Below are positions 19,281 to 35,156 of a stretch of DNA of 64,000 nt, one piece after another. Position 1 is the first letter of the stretch; the number at the start of each line of letters is the position of its first letter. Made by a program: the position numbers and the translations under genes. A model generated the notes under the pieces. The model was not told the DNA's origin and searched no databases. It was given only the letters and a program-made list of their open reading frames with translations. Origin of the DNA: Thiobacillus sp. (GTDB lineage Bacteria; Pseudomonadota; Gammaproteobacteria; Burkholderiales; Thiobacillaceae); the NCBI GenBank assembly GCA_030680405.1, contig JAUXVT010000061.1:704-64703 (forward strand). The letters are read 5' to 3'.

Positions 19281-20594
19281 ATGAAACCCATCAACGTCGG
19301 CCTGCTGGGCTTGGGAACGGTTGGCGGCGGCACGCTCACCGTGCTGCGCCGCAATGCCGAAGAAATCACCCGCCGCGCCGGGCGCGAAATCCGCGTGGTC
19401 CGCGCGGCGGTGCGCAATATCGACAAGGCACAGGCGCTGGCGGGCGATCTGCCGCTGACAACCAATCCGTTCGATGTGGTCGATGATCCCAACATCGACA
19501 TCGTGGTCGAACTCATCGGCGGCCTGGAGCCGGCGCGCGAACTGGTGATGCAGGCGATCGCCAACGGCAAGCACGTGGTCACCGCCAACAAGCATCTGGT
19601 CGCCAAGTACGGCAACGAAATCTTTGCGGCGGCGCAGGCCAAGGGCGTGATGGTCGCGTTCGAAGCGGCGGTCGGGGGCGGCATTCCCATCATCAAGGCG
19701 CTGCGCGAAGGCCTCACCGCCAACCGCATCGAGTGGCTGGCCGGCATCATCAACGGCACCAGCAATTTCATTCTCACCGAAATGCGCGACAAGGGCGCGG
19801 CCTTCGAGGACGCGCTGAAAGAAGCGCAGCGGCTGGGCTACGCCGAAGCCGACCCGACCTACGACATCGAGGGCATCGACGCCGCGCACAAACTCACCAT
19901 CCTGTCGGCGATCGCCTTCGGCATCCCGATGCAGTTCGATCGCGCCTACACCGAAGGCATCTCGAAACTCACGCGCGAGGACGTGCAGTACGCTGAGGAA
20001 CTGGGTTACCGCATCAAGCTCCTGGGCATCGCCCGCCGCGCCGAAAACGGCATCGAGCTGCGCGTGCATCCCACGCTGATTCCCGAGCGCCGCCTGATCG
20101 CCAACGTCGACGGCGCGATGAATGCCGTGCTGGTGAAGGGCGACGCCGTCGGGTCGACGCTGTATTATGGTGCGGGCGCCGGCGCCGAGCCGACTGCATC
20201 CGCCGTGGTCGCCGATCTGGTCGACGTGACCCGCCTGCACACCGCCGACCCGCATCACCGCGTGCCGCATCTGGCGTTCCAGCCGGACCAGCTGGCCGAC
20301 ACGCCGATCCTGCCGATGGACGAGGTGCGCACCGCGTATTACCTGCGCCTGCGCGCCTTCGACCGTCCCGGCGTGCTGGCCGACATCACCCGCATTCTGG
20401 CCGACGGCGACATCTCGATCGACGCCATGGTGCAGAAGGAGCCTGCCGAAGGCGAGGAGCAGGTCAACATTATCCTGCTGACCCACATCACGGTGGAAAA
20501 GAACATCAACGCGGCGATCGCCAAGATCGAGGCGCTCGACACCGTGGTGGGGCAGGTGATGCGCATCCGCCTCGAAGAACTGGCGGCCAAATAA
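19281..20594 (+). CDS. hom: Homoserine dehydrogenase
   Basis: GLGTVGGG, HVVTANK, FEAAVGGGIP, GYAEADPT; C-terminal ACT domain. Confidence 0.96.
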   Translation: MKPINVGLLGLGTVGGGTLTVLRRNAEEITRRAGREIRVVRAAVRNIDKAQALAGDLPLTTNPFDVVDDPNIDIVVELIGGLEPARELVMQAIANGKHVVTANKHLVAKYGNEIFAAAQAKGVMVAFEAAVGGGIPIIKALREGLTANRIEWLAGIINGTSNFILTEMRDKGAAFEDALKEAQRLGYAEADPTYDIEGIDAAHKLTILSAIAFGIPMQFDRAYTEGISKLTREDVQYAEELGYRIKLLGIARRAENGIELRVHPTLIPERRLIANVDGAMNAVLVKGDAVGSTLYYGAGAGAEPTASAVVADLVDVTRLHTADPHHRVPHLAFQPDQLADTPILPMDEVRTAYYLRLRAFDRPGVLADITRILADGDISIDAMVQKEPAEGEEQVNIILLTHITVEKNINAAIAKIEALDTVVGQVMRIRLEELAAK

Positions 20595-22019
20595 ATGAAC
20601 TACCTCAGCACGCGCGGGCTGGCACCGCAATTACGCTTCTCCGAAATCCTGCTCGGCGGGCTGGCCAGCGACGGCGGCCTGTATGTGCCGGAACGCTATC
20701 CGCGTTTTACCGAAGCCGAACTGGCGGCGATGCGCGGCATGAATTACCGCGAACTGGCCTTCGCCGTACTGTCGGGCCTGATCGACGACATCCCGCACGA
20801 CGACCTGCGCGCGCTGATCGACAAGACCTACACCGCGCAGGTCTACCGCTACGCCAATCCGGGCGAGAACGCGGAAGACATCACTCCGCTGAAAACGCTG
20901 GAACCTGGCTTGCACGTGCTGGCGCTGTCGAACGGCCCGACGCTGGCGTTCAAGGACATGGCGATGCAGCTGCTCGGCAACCTGTTCGAGTACGTGCTGG
21001 CAAAGACCGGCGGCGAGCTTAACATTCTCGGCGCCACCTCCGGCGACACCGGTTCCGCCGCCGAGTACGCGATGCGCGGCAAGCGCGGCATCCGGGTTTT
21101 CATGCTGTCGCCCGAGCACGGCATGACGCGTTTCCAGCAGGCGCAGATGTATGCTCTGCAGGACGCCAACATTTACAACCTCGTCATTCGCGGCGTGTTC
21201 GACCAGTGCCAGGACATCGTCAAGGCGGTGTCTAACGATCTCGATTTCAAGACGCACCACCACATCGGTGCGGTCAACTCGATCAACTGGGCGCGCGTCG
21301 CGGCGCAGAGCGTGTATTACTTCAAGGCCTATTTCGCGGCGACGCACAGCAACGACCAGAGCGTGTCGTTCTCGGTGCCGTCGGGCAACTTCGGCAACGT
21401 CTGCGCCGGCCACATCGCGCGCCAGATGGGGCTGCCGATCAACAAGCTGATCGTCGCCACCAACGAAAACGACGTACTCGACGAGTTCTTCAAGACCGGC
21501 GTCTACCGTCCGCGCCCGGAAACACAACACACCTCCAGCCCGTCGATGGATATCTCCAAGGCATCCAACTTCGAGCGTTTCGTGTTCGACCTGTCGGGGC
21601 GCGACGCCGCCAAAATCCGCAGCCTGTGGGGCGCGGTCGAATCGGGCGGCAGTTTCGATCTGAAAGTCGACGGCCTGTTCGAGCGCGTGGCCGATTTCAG
21701 CATGGTGTCGGGTTCCAGCAGCCACGCCAACCGCATGGACACCATCCGCACGGTGTACGAGGTGTACGGCACGATGATCGACCCGCACACCGCCGACGGC
21801 CTGAAAGTGGGGCTGGAGCACCGCGAGCCCGGCGTGCCGCTGGTCTGCATGGAAACCGCGCAGCCCGCCAAGTTCGAGGACGCGATCCGCGAAGCGCTCG
21901 GCATCGAGCCGGTGCGCCCGGCCGACCTCGCCGACCTCGAAACGCTGCCGCAGAAAAAGCACGTCATGGACGCCGACGTCAATGCGGTCAAGCAATTCAT
22001 CGTCGGCCACGCGGGCTGA
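20595..22019 (+). CDS. thrC: Threonine synthase
   Basis: YLSTRG, GPTLAFKD, ATSGDTG, NSINWAR, PSGNFGN. Confidence 0.96.
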   Translation: MNYLSTRGLAPQLRFSEILLGGLASDGGLYVPERYPRFTEAELAAMRGMNYRELAFAVLSGLIDDIPHDDLRALIDKTYTAQVYRYANPGENAEDITPLKTLEPGLHVLALSNGPTLAFKDMAMQLLGNLFEYVLAKTGGELNILGATSGDTGSAAEYAMRGKRGIRVFMLSPEHGMTRFQQAQMYALQDANIYNLVIRGVFDQCQDIVKAVSNDLDFKTHHHIGAVNSINWARVAAQSVYYFKAYFAATHSNDQSVSFSVPSGNFGNVCAGHIARQMGLPINKLIVATNENDVLDEFFKTGVYRPRPETQHTSSPSMDISKASNFERFVFDLSGRDAAKIRSLWGAVESGGSFDLKVDGLFERVADFSMVSGSSSHANRMDTIRTVYEVYGTMIDPHTADGLKVGLEHREPGVPLVCMETAQPAKFEDAIREALGIEPVRPADLADLETLPQKKHVMDADVNAVKQFIVGHAG

Positions 22020-22044
22020 CCACCGATCCGGCCGCGCGACGGCG

Positions 22045-22692
22045 ATGAATCGTCCGGACGACGCTGTCGAGCGTGCGCAAACACCCGGGTTGTTCGCCGA
22101 ACTGGTGGCGCGGGTGCAGGTCTGCACGGTCTGTGCCGCCTACCTGCCGTATCCGCCGCGCCCCATTTTTCGCGCTTCGCCCACTGCCCGCCTTTTGATC
22201 GTCGGCCAGGCGCCGGGGCGGCGCGTGCACGAAACCGGCATTCCGTGGAACGATCCCTCGGGCGACTTGTTGCGGCAGTGGCTTGGCATGACGCGCGAGC
22301 AGTTCTATGACGTCTCGCGCATCGCCATCGTCCCCGCCGGCCTGTGCTATCCCGGCACGGTGAACGGCAGCGACCTGCCGCCACGCCCGGAATGCGCACC
22401 GCTGTGGCATCCGCCGCTGCGCGCGGCCATGCCCGAAATAAGGCTCACCCTGCTGATCGGCGCCTATGCCCAGGCGTATTACCTCGGCCCGCGCCGCGGC
22501 CGCACACTGGCCGAAACGGTCGCCGCCTGGCGCGATTTTGCCCCGGACTTTTTGCCGCTGCCCCATCCCAGCCCGCGCAACCGCCGGTGGTTGAAACAAA
22601 ATCCTTGGTTCGAAGCCGAGGTCTTGCCCACGTTGCGCGAACGGGTTGGAGCCGCGCTGGCGACAGGCGATAATGGTGGCACACAAGACTAG
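22045..22692 (+). CDS. Uracil-DNA glycosylase superfamily protein
   Basis: IVGQAPG.RVHETGIPWNDPSGD, LPHPSPRN. Confidence 0.88.
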   Translation: MNRPDDAVERAQTPGLFAELVARVQVCTVCAAYLPYPPRPIFRASPTARLLIVGQAPGRRVHETGIPWNDPSGDLLRQWLGMTREQFYDVSRIAIVPAGLCYPGTVNGSDLPPRPECAPLWHPPLRAAMPEIRLTLLIGAYAQAYYLGPRRGRTLAETVAAWRDFAPDFLPLPHPSPRNRRWLKQNPWFEAEVLPTLRERVGAALATGDNGGTQD

Positions 22693-22727
22693 CTCCAGAA
22701 TTCCCTTCCTTACAGGATTTGATCCGC

Positions 22728-23336
22728 ATGAAACTCGTCACCTCGCTCACCAGCCCCTATGGCCGCAAAGCCCGTGTGGTGCTGCTGGAAAAGAAAATTC
22801 CTTTTCAGCTTCAGGTCGAAAACCCATGGCTGCCCGATAGCCCCGTTCCCAGTCTTAACCCGCTCGGCAAGGTGCCGGTGCTGGTGCTGGAGGATGGTGT
22901 CAGCGTGTTCGATTCGCGCGTCATCGTCGAGTACCTCGACCATGTCAGCCCGGTGGCGCACCTGATTCCGGCCGAACCGAAAAGCCGCATGATCGTACGC
23001 GGCGTCGAAGCCCTGGCCGATGGTGTCACCGACGCCGCGGTGGCGGTGTATCTGGAAAAGAAACGTGCGCCCGAACAGCAGAGCAGCGACTGGCTGGTGC
23101 TGCAGGAAAAAACGCTGTTTCGCGGGCTGGAGGCTTTGTCTGAAGCGCTGGGTGAAAACCCCTGGTACCTAGGCAACAGCATGACGCTGGCCGATGTCAC
23201 CTGCGGCTGCATGCTGGGTTATCTGGAACTGCGCTTCCCCGAAATCGGCTGGCGCACTGCGCATCCCAATCTGGCGAAACTCGCCGACAAGCTGGCGACA
23301 CGCGCATCGTTCAAGGAAACGGTGCCGGTCATCTGA
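22728..23336 (+). CDS. Glutathione S-transferase family protein
   Basis: TSPYGRK, NPLGKVPVL, FDSRVIVEYLD. Confidence 0.92.
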   Translation: MKLVTSLTSPYGRKARVVLLEKKIPFQLQVENPWLPDSPVPSLNPLGKVPVLVLEDGVSVFDSRVIVEYLDHVSPVAHLIPAEPKSRMIVRGVEALADGVTDAAVAVYLEKKRAPEQQSSDWLVLQEKTLFRGLEALSEALGENPWYLGNSMTLADVTCGCMLGYLELRFPEIGWRTAHPNLAKLADKLATRASFKETVPVI

Positions 23337-23349
23337 ACGGAGAAATGTC

Positions 23350-23886
23350 ATGGCCCACGCGGTAGCGACTCTGGCAGGCGGATGTTTCTGGTGCATCGAG
23401 TCGGTGTTCAACCGGCTGCGCGGTGTGGAATCCGCGGTGTCGGGCTACATGGGCGGGCACACGGCGAACCCCACTTATAAGGACATCTGCAACGGCGACA
23501 CCGGCCATGCCGAAGTGGTGCAGGTGAGCTTCGACCCGGCCGAAATTTCCTACCGTGAGCTGCTGGAAATCTTCTTTACCCTGCACAATCCGACCCAGCT
23601 CAATCGCCAGGGCAACGACGTCGGAACTCAGTATCGCTCGGCGATTTTCTGGCACACGCTGGAGCAGAAAGCCGAAGCGGAAGCGGTGATCGCCGAGCTC
23701 ACCGTAGTCAAACAGTTCGACGCGCCCATCGTGACCGAAGTGACCGAGGCGACGACGTTCTATCCCGCCGAGGAGTCTCACCAGGGCTACTTCGAGCTGA
23801 ATCCCTATCAGCCCTACTGCCAGTTTGTGGTGGCGCCGAAGGTGGCCAAAGCGCGGGCAAAATTCGCCACGCGCCTTAAAGACTGA
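23350..23886 (+). CDS. msrA: Peptide-methionine (S)-S-oxide reductase
   Basis: GGCFWC, TGHAEVV, GTQYRSAIF, FYPAEE.HQ.Y. Confidence 0.96.
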   Translation: MAHAVATLAGGCFWCIESVFNRLRGVESAVSGYMGGHTANPTYKDICNGDTGHAEVVQVSFDPAEISYRELLEIFFTLHNPTQLNRQGNDVGTQYRSAIFWHTLEQKAEAEAVIAELTVVKQFDAPIVTEVTEATTFYPAEESHQGYFELNPYQPYCQFVVAPKVAKARAKFATRLKD

Positions 23887-23892
23887 AGCGGC

Positions 23893-25590
23893 TCACTTTC
23901 CGCTTTTCACCCACGAATCCTTCAGCGTCACCGTGCGGTTGAACACCGGCGCGCCGGGTTTTGAATCGACGCGGTCGGCGACGAAGTAGCCGTGACGCTC
24001 GAACTGGAAGCGGTCTTCGGCGGCAGCGCCCTTCAGAGCAGGTTCCAATTGCGCGCGGATGATGCGCACCGAATCGGCATTGATGTCGTCGAGAAATTCG
24101 CCGCTGGCCTGGCCGGGTTGCGCGGTCTTGAACAGGCGGTCGTATAGCCGCACTTCGGCTGCATAAGCGTGCGCGGCGGACACCCAGTGGATGTTGCCCT
24201 TGACCTTGACCGAATCGGCGCCCGGGGTGCCGGATTTGGTGTCGGGCAGGTAGTCGCAGTGCACCGCGGTGATGGTGTCGTCGGCGTCCTTGTCGCAGCC
24301 GGTGCAGGTGACGACGTAGCCGTAGCGCAGCCGCACCGTGTTGCCGGGGAACAGGCGGAAATAGCCCTTGGGCGGGGTTTCCACAAAGTCCTCGCGCTCG
24401 ATCCACAACTCTCTTGAAAACGGCACCGCGCGCTTGCCCAGGTCGGGCTGCTGTGGGTGGTTGGGGGCGAAGCAGTCTTCCGACTGCCCCTCCGGATAGT
24501 TGTCGATGATGAGTTTCACCGGATCGAGTACAGCGATGCGGCGCAGCGCACTGTCGTTCAGCACGTCGCGCTGGCATTCCTCGAACACGCTGTAGTTGAT
24601 CCAGCCGTCGGACTTGGAGACGCCGATGCGGTCGGTGAAGCGCTTGAAGCCTTCCGCCATGTAGCCGCGGCGGCGCGCGCCGACCAGGGTGGGCAGGCGC
24701 GGATCGTCCCAGCCGCTGACGTGCTTTTCGTCGACCAGCTGGATCAGCTTGCGCTTCGACAGCACGACGTAGGTCAGATTCAAGCGTGCGAATTCGATCT
24801 GCTGCGGCAGCGGCCGGGTGAAGAAGCCGCCGTCGGCCAGCTTGTCGAGCAGCCAGTCGTAGAACGGCCGCTGGTCCTCGAATTCCAGCGTGCAGATCGA
24901 GTGCGTGATGTGCTCGATCGCGTCCTCGATCGGGTGGGCGTAGGTGTACATCGGGTAGATGCACCAGGTGTCGCCGGTGTTGTGGTGGTGCGCTCTTTTG
25001 ATTCGATAAATCGCCGGGTCGCGCAGGTTGATGTTGGGCGTGGCCATGTCGATCTTCGCGCGCAGCACATGCGCTCCATCGGCGAATTCGCCGGCGCGCA
25101 TCGCACGGAACAGCGCCAGGTTCTCGTCCACGCCTCGACTGCGGTAGGGGCTGTCCTTGCCCGGTTCGGTCAGCGTGCCGCGATACGCGCGCATCTCGTC
25201 GACGGACAGCGAATCGACGTAGGCGTGGCCGGCCTGGATCAGGTACTCGGCGCAGGCGTACATGGTGTCGAAATAATTCGACGCAAAGTGGAGGTGCGAA
25301 CCCCAGTCGAAGCCCAGCCATTTCACCGATTCGAGGATAGCGTCGACGTATTCCTGGCTTTCTTTTTCCGGATTGGTGTCGTCGAAGCGCAGGTGGCACA
25401 CCCCGCCGTAGTCGCGTGCAAGGCCGAAGTTCAGGAAGATTGACTTGGCATGGCCCAGGTGCAGATAGCCGTTGGGCTCGGGCGGAAAGCGCGTTTCCAC
25501 GCGGCCACCCCATTTCCCGGCGGCGTTCTGCTCGTCGATGATATTGCGGATGAAGTTGGCGGCGGGGGCGGGTGTGTTGTCGTGCGACAT
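23893..25590 (-). CDS. glnS: Glutamine--tRNA ligase
   Basis: TRFPPEPNGYLHLGHAKS, LSKRKL, FQFERHGYF. Confidence 0.97.
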   Translation of the reverse strand: MSHDNTPAPAANFIRNIIDEQNAAGKWGGRVETRFPPEPNGYLHLGHAKSIFLNFGLARDYGGVCHLRFDDTNPEKESQEYVDAILESVKWLGFDWGSHLHFASNYFDTMYACAEYLIQAGHAYVDSLSVDEMRAYRGTLTEPGKDSPYRSRGVDENLALFRAMRAGEFADGAHVLRAKIDMATPNINLRDPAIYRIKRAHHHNTGDTWCIYPMYTYAHPIEDAIEHITHSICTLEFEDQRPFYDWLLDKLADGGFFTRPLPQQIEFARLNLTYVVLSKRKLIQLVDEKHVSGWDDPRLPTLVGARRRGYMAEGFKRFTDRIGVSKSDGWINYSVFEECQRDVLNDSALRRIAVLDPVKLIIDNYPEGQSEDCFAPNHPQQPDLGKRAVPFSRELWIEREDFVETPPKGYFRLFPGNTVRLRYGYVVTCTGCDKDADDTITAVHCDYLPDTKSGTPGADSVKVKGNIHWVSAAHAYAAEVRLYDRLFKTAQPGQASGEFLDDINADSVRIIRAQLEPALKGAAAEDRFQFERHGYFVADRVDSKPGAPVFNRTVTLKDSWVKSGK

Positions 25591-25629
25591 GATGGGAAGT
25601 GAAGCTTGAAAGCAAGAATTGTAGCGGGT

Positions 25630-26703
25630 TCAGGTGATGATGCCGCCGCCGAGACATACCTCGCCGTCGTACAAGACGACCGACTGGCCGGGCGTGACCG
25701 CCCATTGTGGGGTGTCGAACGCGAGTTCCAGCGTGTCGTCGTCGAGCCGGGTGATGCGGCAGGGCGCGTCGGTCTGGCGATAGCGGGTCTTCGCGGTGTA
25801 GGGTTTGTCGGGGTCGGGGGCGACGCCGCTGATCCAGTTGAGCTGGCCGGCAGCGAGGGTGGAGCGCAGCAGCAGCGGATGGCCGTGTCCCTGCACCACG
25901 GTCAGTGTGTTGCTGGTCATGTCCTTGGCGGCGACAAACCAGGGTTCCGTGTTGCCGTCCTTTTGCCCGCCGATGCCGAGGCCCTGCCGCTGCCCCAGCG
26001 TGTAATACATCAGGCCCTGATGCTGGCCGACCACACGGCCTTCGGGCGTTTTCACCTCGCCGGGGTTGCGCGGCAGATAGCGCTCGAGGAACTCGCGGAA
26101 GGGGCGCTCGCCGATGAAGCAGATGCCAGTGCTGTCTTTCTTGGCGGCGTTGGGCAGGCCGATCTGCGCGGCGATCCTGCGCACCTCGGGCTTGGGCAGC
26201 CGGGCGAGCGGAAACAGCGCGGGGCGGATCTGCGCCTGGCTAAGGCGATACAGGAAATAGCTCTGGTCCTTGTTGTCATCCGCCGCTCTCAATAGCGTGG
26301 CGCGGCCGGCGGCGTCCTCGCCCTTGCCGACGTAATGCCCGGTGGCGATGAACTTGGCACCGCGCGCGATGGCGTCGTCGAGGAAGGCCCTGAACTTGAT
26401 TTCGGCGTTGCACAGCACGTCCGGGTTGGGGGTGCGCCCGGCCTGGTATTCGGCGAGAAAATAGCTGAACACGCGCTCCTTGTATTCGGCGGCGAAATTC
26501 ACCGCATCGACCTCGATGCCGAGCACGTCGGCCACCGCCAGCACGTCGAGAAAATCCTGGAGCGCGGTGCAGTGCCCGGTGTTGTCGTCATCGTCCCAGT
26601 TTTTCATGAAAACGCCGAGCACGTCGTAACCCTGCTGTTTCAACAGATAGGCGGCGACGGCGGAATCAACGCCGCCCGACATCCCTACGACGACCTTAGT
26701 CAT
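25630..26703 (-). CDS. mnmA: tRNA 2-thiouridylase MnmA
   Basis: [39 protein letters not shown]. Confidence 0.97.
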   Translation of the reverse strand: MTKVVVGMSGGVDSAVAAYLLKQQGYDVLGVFMKNWDDDDNTGHCTALQDFLDVLAVADVLGIEVDAVNFAAEYKERVFSYFLAEYQAGRTPNPDVLCNAEIKFRAFLDDAIARGAKFIATGHYVGKGEDAAGRATLLRAADDNKDQSYFLYRLSQAQIRPALFPLARLPKPEVRRIAAQIGLPNAAKKDSTGICFIGERPFREFLERYLPRNPGEVKTPEGRVVGQHQGLMYYTLGQRQGLGIGGQKDGNTEPWFVAAKDMTSNTLTVVQGHGHPLLLRSTLAAGQLNWISGVAPDPDKPYTAKTRYRQTDAPCRITRLDDDTLELAFDTPQWAVTPGQSVVLYDGEVCLGGGIIT

Positions 26704-26715
26704 GTGCGCATCCTG

Positions 26716-26807
26716 TGTCATCGCGAGGCGAAGCCGAAGCAATCCATTTCGGCCGATGGGTGGACAATTTTCTGGATTGCTTCGCCACTTCGATCCTCGC
26801 AATGACA
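26716..26807. repeat. Palindromic miniature element, copy 1
   Basis: Terminal IRs TGTCATCGCGAGG / CCTCGCAATGACA; internal IRs GAAGCAATCCA / TGGATTGCTTC. Confidence 0.85.
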
Positions 26808-26817
26808 GAAATGGAAT

Positions 26818-27267
26818 TCATTGGTGTGCAACGAAATCGAGCGGAAAGCGCCGCCCCCCCAGATGGTCCTGCACGCAGCGCATCACCAGCGGGCTGCGGT
26901 GGGGGATGGGGCTGGCGGCGAGCTCAATCGGCGTCAGCCACACGGCGCGCACGATGCCGTGATCCAGCGTGCGTTCGGCGTCGAAGCCGGCGACCCGGCA
27001 GACATAGGCAAAGCGCAGATAGGTGATGTCGCGGCGCGGGTAGTGCGTGCTGTAGCAGCCCAAGAGCGCGAGCGGTTCGATGTGATGCGCGGTTTCCTCC
27101 AGCGTTTCGCGGCGCACCGCGTCAAGCAGCGTTTCGCCGCGCTCCCAGTGGCCGGCGGGCTGGTTGAGGCGCAAGCCTTCGGCGGTGTGTTCCTCCACCA
27201 GCAGGAATTTACCTTCTTTTTGGACAAGAGCGGCGACGACCACGTGCGGGGTCCAGAGTTCAGACAT
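26818..27267 (-). CDS. NUDIX hydrolase (NudJ-like)
   Basis: LNQPAGH.E.GE......RETLEET; rluE-nudJ-mnmA synteny. Confidence 0.88.
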   Translation of the reverse strand: MSELWTPHVVVAALVQKEGKFLLVEEHTAEGLRLNQPAGHWERGETLLDAVRRETLEETAHHIEPLALLGCYSTHYPRRDITYLRFAYVCRVAGFDAERTLDHGIVRAVWLTPIELAASPIPHRSPLVMRCVQDHLGGRRFPLDFVAHQ

Positions 27268-27802
27268 GCAGTTCTTTCCATTCTCCGGGCTGCAAGGCGC
27301 CCAGGGTCCATTCGCCGACTGCGGCGCGGATCAGGCGCAGGGTGGGGTATCCGATCTTCGCCGTCATTCGCCGCACCTGGCGATTTTTCCCTTCACGAAT
27401 GACGAGTTCGATCCAGCTGGTCGGGATGGCCTGGCGAAAGCGGATCGGCGGGTTGCGCGGACACAGGCCGGCGGGTTCGTCAATCAAACGCACCTGCGCC
27501 GGGCGGGTGACGTAGTCGCCGAGGTCGACGCCGTGGCGCAGCGGTTCCAGCGCCGCGTCGTCGGGCGTGCCCTCGATCTGGGCCCAGTAGGTTTTGGGCA
27601 GCTTGTGACGGGGATCGGCAATACGGCTCTGGGTCGCGCCGTCATCGGTTAAAATCAGCAGGCCTTCGCTGTCAGCATCCAGCCGCCCGGCCGCATACAC
27701 GCCGGGCACGGTGAGGTGGTCGCGCAGACCCTGCCAGCGCCCCTCGGGGGTGAACTGGCTCAGCACGCCGTAGGGTTTGTTGAACAGGATCAATCGCGCC
27801 AC
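27260..27802 (-). CDS. rluE: 23S rRNA pseudouridine synthase RluE-like
   Basis: [34 protein letters not shown]. Confidence 0.9.
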   Translation of the reverse strand: MARLILFNKPYGVLSQFTPEGRWQGLRDHLTVPGVYAAGRLDADSEGLLILTDDGATQSRIADPRHKLPKTYWAQIEGTPDDAALEPLRHGVDLGDYVTRPAQVRLIDEPAGLCPRNPPIRFRQAIPTSWIELVIREGKNRQVRRMTAKIGYPTLRLIRAAVGEWTLGALQPGEWKELHV

Positions 27803-27877
27803 GCTGAGAGACGAACTTCGCTAGAAGAATTCAATTTAAATGAACGCACTCATTTTACCCTTACACGAGCCATCCCC

Positions 27878-29134
<1,257 letters not shown>

Positions 29135-29150
29135 GACTTGCTTCGACAAC

Positions 29151-29178
29151 AAAAAACCCCGCCTCGGCGGGGTTTTTT
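29151..29178. terminator. Bidirectional intrinsic terminator between icd and csp
   Basis: AAAAAACCCCGCCTCGGCGGGGTTTTTT. Confidence 0.9.
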
Positions 29179-29194
29179 GTATCAACCCAACAAC

Positions 29195-29401
29195 TCAACC
29201 CTGGGGCTGGATGTTGGAAGCCTGCTTGCCCTTGGGGCCCTGGGTGACTTCGAAGCTGACTTTCTGACCTTCTTTCAAAGTCTTGAAGCCGCTGGTCTCG
29301 ATGGCGGAAAAATGTGCGAAGACATCCTCGCCGCCGTCATCGGGGGTGATGAAGCCAAAACCTTTGGCGTCGCTGAACCACTTGACCGTACCTGTTGCCA
29401 T
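29195..29401 (-). CDS. Cold-shock domain protein
   Basis: TGTVKWF...[14 protein letters not shown]. Confidence 0.95.
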   Translation of the reverse strand: MATGTVKWFSDAKGFGFITPDDGGEDVFAHFSAIETSGFKTLKEGQKVSFEVTQGPKGKQASNIQPQG

Positions 29402-29768
29402 TCAAACTTCCTCCTTGGCGTAAAACTGAACATAACCGCGATAAGCACAATTGCGCTGGCGGATGACATGACGGCATGATTCTATTGGCCGTCGGTCTGA
29501 ATTCAAGCGCGCTACCCGGTGATGCCCCTGCGGTAATGCCAAACCTCTACGGTTCTTGAAACCAAACTCTTTCCTTTTTACTACCGCGCATGCGTTTTTT
29601 CAAGAGGAAATCATGAAAAAACAAGGGGCTCGACTGGACTGTGGTTTTCTTTCAACCAACGGAGGGGACGCGATGAAGAAAACAGACCTTGATCGGTCGT
29701 GTCGCAGCCGTTTTTGTGGCGTCCTTGCAAGATGCAGCCATCCTGATTGATGCGGTAGCATAAGCAGC

Positions 29769-30935
29769 ATGCGCACCACTTGGGACATCTTCTGCAACGT
29801 CGTCGACAACTATGGCGACATCGGCATCGCCTGGCGGCTGGCGCGCGGGCTGGTCAACGAGCATGGCCTGGCCGTGCGGCTGTGGGTGGATGATCTGCAC
29901 GTGTTTCAGCGCATCTGGCCCGCGATTGACCCGAATGCAGCAGAACAGTCCTGCGAGGGGGTGACGGTCTGTGCCTGGCGCGCGCCGTTTGCGGCAACCG
30001 AGCCGGCGCAGGTGGTGCTCGAGGCCTTTGGCTGCGCCTTGCCGGAAGCCTTTTTGACCGCGATGAGCGCGCAGTCGCCGCCGCCGGTCTGGATCAATCT
30101 TGAATACCTGAGCGCCGAGCCTTGGGTGGCCGAACACCACGGCCTGCCGTCGCCGCACCCGCGCTTGCCGCTGACCAAGCATTTTTTCTTTCCGGGCTAC
30201 ACGCCGGACACCGGCGGCTTGCTGGCCGAGGCGGATCTGGCCGAGCGGCGGGCCGCGTTTGTGCGTGCCGAGACCCCCGCGTTCTGGCGCCAGTTCGGGC
30301 TGGACACGCCGCATCCGGATGAATTGCGGGTGTCGCTGTTCGCTTACGAAAACCCTGCGCTCCCCGATCTGCTCGACGCCTGGGTAGCCGACACGCGTCC
30401 CGTCACCTGCCTGGTGCCGGAAGGCCGGCTGATCCCGCAACTGGCGGATTGGCTCGCCGTTTCCAGTTTGCCGGCGGGCGAGGTGCATCGGCGTGGCGCC
30501 TTGCGGCTGCACGTCCTGCCGTTTCTGAATCAGGATGCGTACGACCACCTGTTGTGGGCGTGCAAGCTGAATTTCGTGCGCGGCGAGGATTCCTGCGTGC
30601 GCGCACAGTGGGCAGCGCGCCCGCTGGTATGGCAGGCCTATCCGCAGGTCGGGAATGTGCACTGGGACAAAGTGAACGCCCTGCTGGTTCACTACACGGA
30701 ATGGCTGGATCGCGCAGCTGCGCGGGCGGTGACGGATATATGGCAGCACTGGAACGGCATCCCGGCCGCGGACAACATGGCGGCCTGCTGGGCCGCGTGG
30801 CGGGCGCAGCAGGCCGCCATCGAGCAGCATGCGGGCGCCTGGTGTGACCGTCTCAGGCTGGCCGGACGACTCACGGATAAGCTGGTGGATTTTGCGGAAA
30901 ATAAGATAAAATGTCGGGTTTTCTCAAACCCTTAG
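29769..30935 (+). CDS. earP: EF-P arginine rhamnosyltransferase EarP
   Basis: [31 protein letters not shown]; directly upstream of efp. Confidence 0.95.
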   Translation: MRTTWDIFCNVVDNYGDIGIAWRLARGLVNEHGLAVRLWVDDLHVFQRIWPAIDPNAAEQSCEGVTVCAWRAPFAATEPAQVVLEAFGCALPEAFLTAMSAQSPPPVWINLEYLSAEPWVAEHHGLPSPHPRLPLTKHFFFPGYTPDTGGLLAEADLAERRAAFVRAETPAFWRQFGLDTPHPDELRVSLFAYENPALPDLLDAWVADTRPVTCLVPEGRLIPQLADWLAVSSLPAGEVHRRGALRLHVLPFLNQDAYDHLLWACKLNFVRGEDSCVRAQWAARPLVWQAYPQVGNVHWDKVNALLVHYTEWLDRAAARAVTDIWQHWNGIPAADNMAACWAAWRAQQAAIEQHAGAWCDRLRLAGRLTDKLVDFAENKIKCRVFSNP

Positions 30936-30958
30936 CGCTCTCGCAGCAGGATACATCC

Positions 30959-31519
30959 ATGAAAATCGCACAGGAACTCCGCGCCGGCAACGTCGTGATG
31001 GTCGGCAAAGATCCGATGGTGGTGCAAAAGGCCGAATTCTCGAAATCGGGCCGTAATTCCTCCGTCGTCAAAATGAAACTGAAGAACCTGCTCACCGGCG
31101 CCGGAACCGAATCGGTTTACCGCGCCGACGACAAGTTCGAAACCGTCAACCTCGACCGCAAGGAATGCACCTATTCCTACTTCGCCGATCCGCTGTATGT
31201 GTTCATGGACAGCGAATACAACCAGTATGAAATCGAAGCCGACAACCTTGGCGACGCGCTGAATTATCTGGACGACGGCATGCCGGTCGAAGTCGTGTTC
31301 TACGACGGCAAGGCGATCTCGGTCGAAATGCCGACCACCGTCGTGCGTGAAGTCGAATACACCGAACCTGCCGTGCGCGGCGACACCTCGGGCAAGGTGA
31401 TGAAGCCTGCACGCATCAAGCCCACCGGGTTTGAGCTGCCGGTGGCCGCGTTCGTCGATATCGGCGACATGATCGAGATCGACACCCGCACCAACGAATT
31501 CAAGCGCCGCGCCAACTAA
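30959..31519 (+). CDS. efp: Elongation factor P (Arg-loop type)
   Basis: KSGRNSSVV loop, [19 protein letters not shown]. Confidence 0.97.
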   Translation: MKIAQELRAGNVVMVGKDPMVVQKAEFSKSGRNSSVVKMKLKNLLTGAGTESVYRADDKFETVNLDRKECTYSYFADPLYVFMDSEYNQYEIEADNLGDALNYLDDGMPVEVVFYDGKAISVEMPTTVVREVEYTEPAVRGDTSGKVMKPARIKPTGFELPVAAFVDIGDMIEIDTRTNEFKRRAN

Positions 31520-31542
31520 ATTCCAGCGTTTGTTTCAAACAT

Positions 31543-31570
31543 AAAGGCAGCTTCGGCTGCCTTTTGTTTT
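31543..31570 (+). terminator. Intrinsic terminator after efp
   Basis: AAAGGCAGC-TTCG-GCTGCCTTTTGTTTT. Confidence 0.85.
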
Positions 31571-31638
31571 TGGTCGTCTTGTTTTTAGTCGTCCGCCGCC
31601 GGCGTTAAAATAGCCCCCTGCTTTTCTGCTCCCCTCCC

Positions 31639-35061
<3,423 letters not shown>

Positions 35062-35119
35062 TTGCCGGGGTTCGAGTGATATTAGAGTACCAATTCAGGT
35101 CATGCGGGCAAGATAAGTG

Positions 35120-35156
35120 TTGACAGGCATAACGTTATATTAGAGAATTCTAATAA
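35120..35156 (+). promoter_or_regulatory. Sigma70 promoter of the sRNA with overlapping palindrome
   Basis: TTGACA (35120-35125), 17 bp, GAGAAT (35143-35148); TATTAG-N6-CTAATA straddles the -10. Confidence 0.65.

Noticed and set aside
29769-31519. earP-efp as a novel system
   Set aside because: This is the well-described EF-P arginine rhamnosylation pathway.
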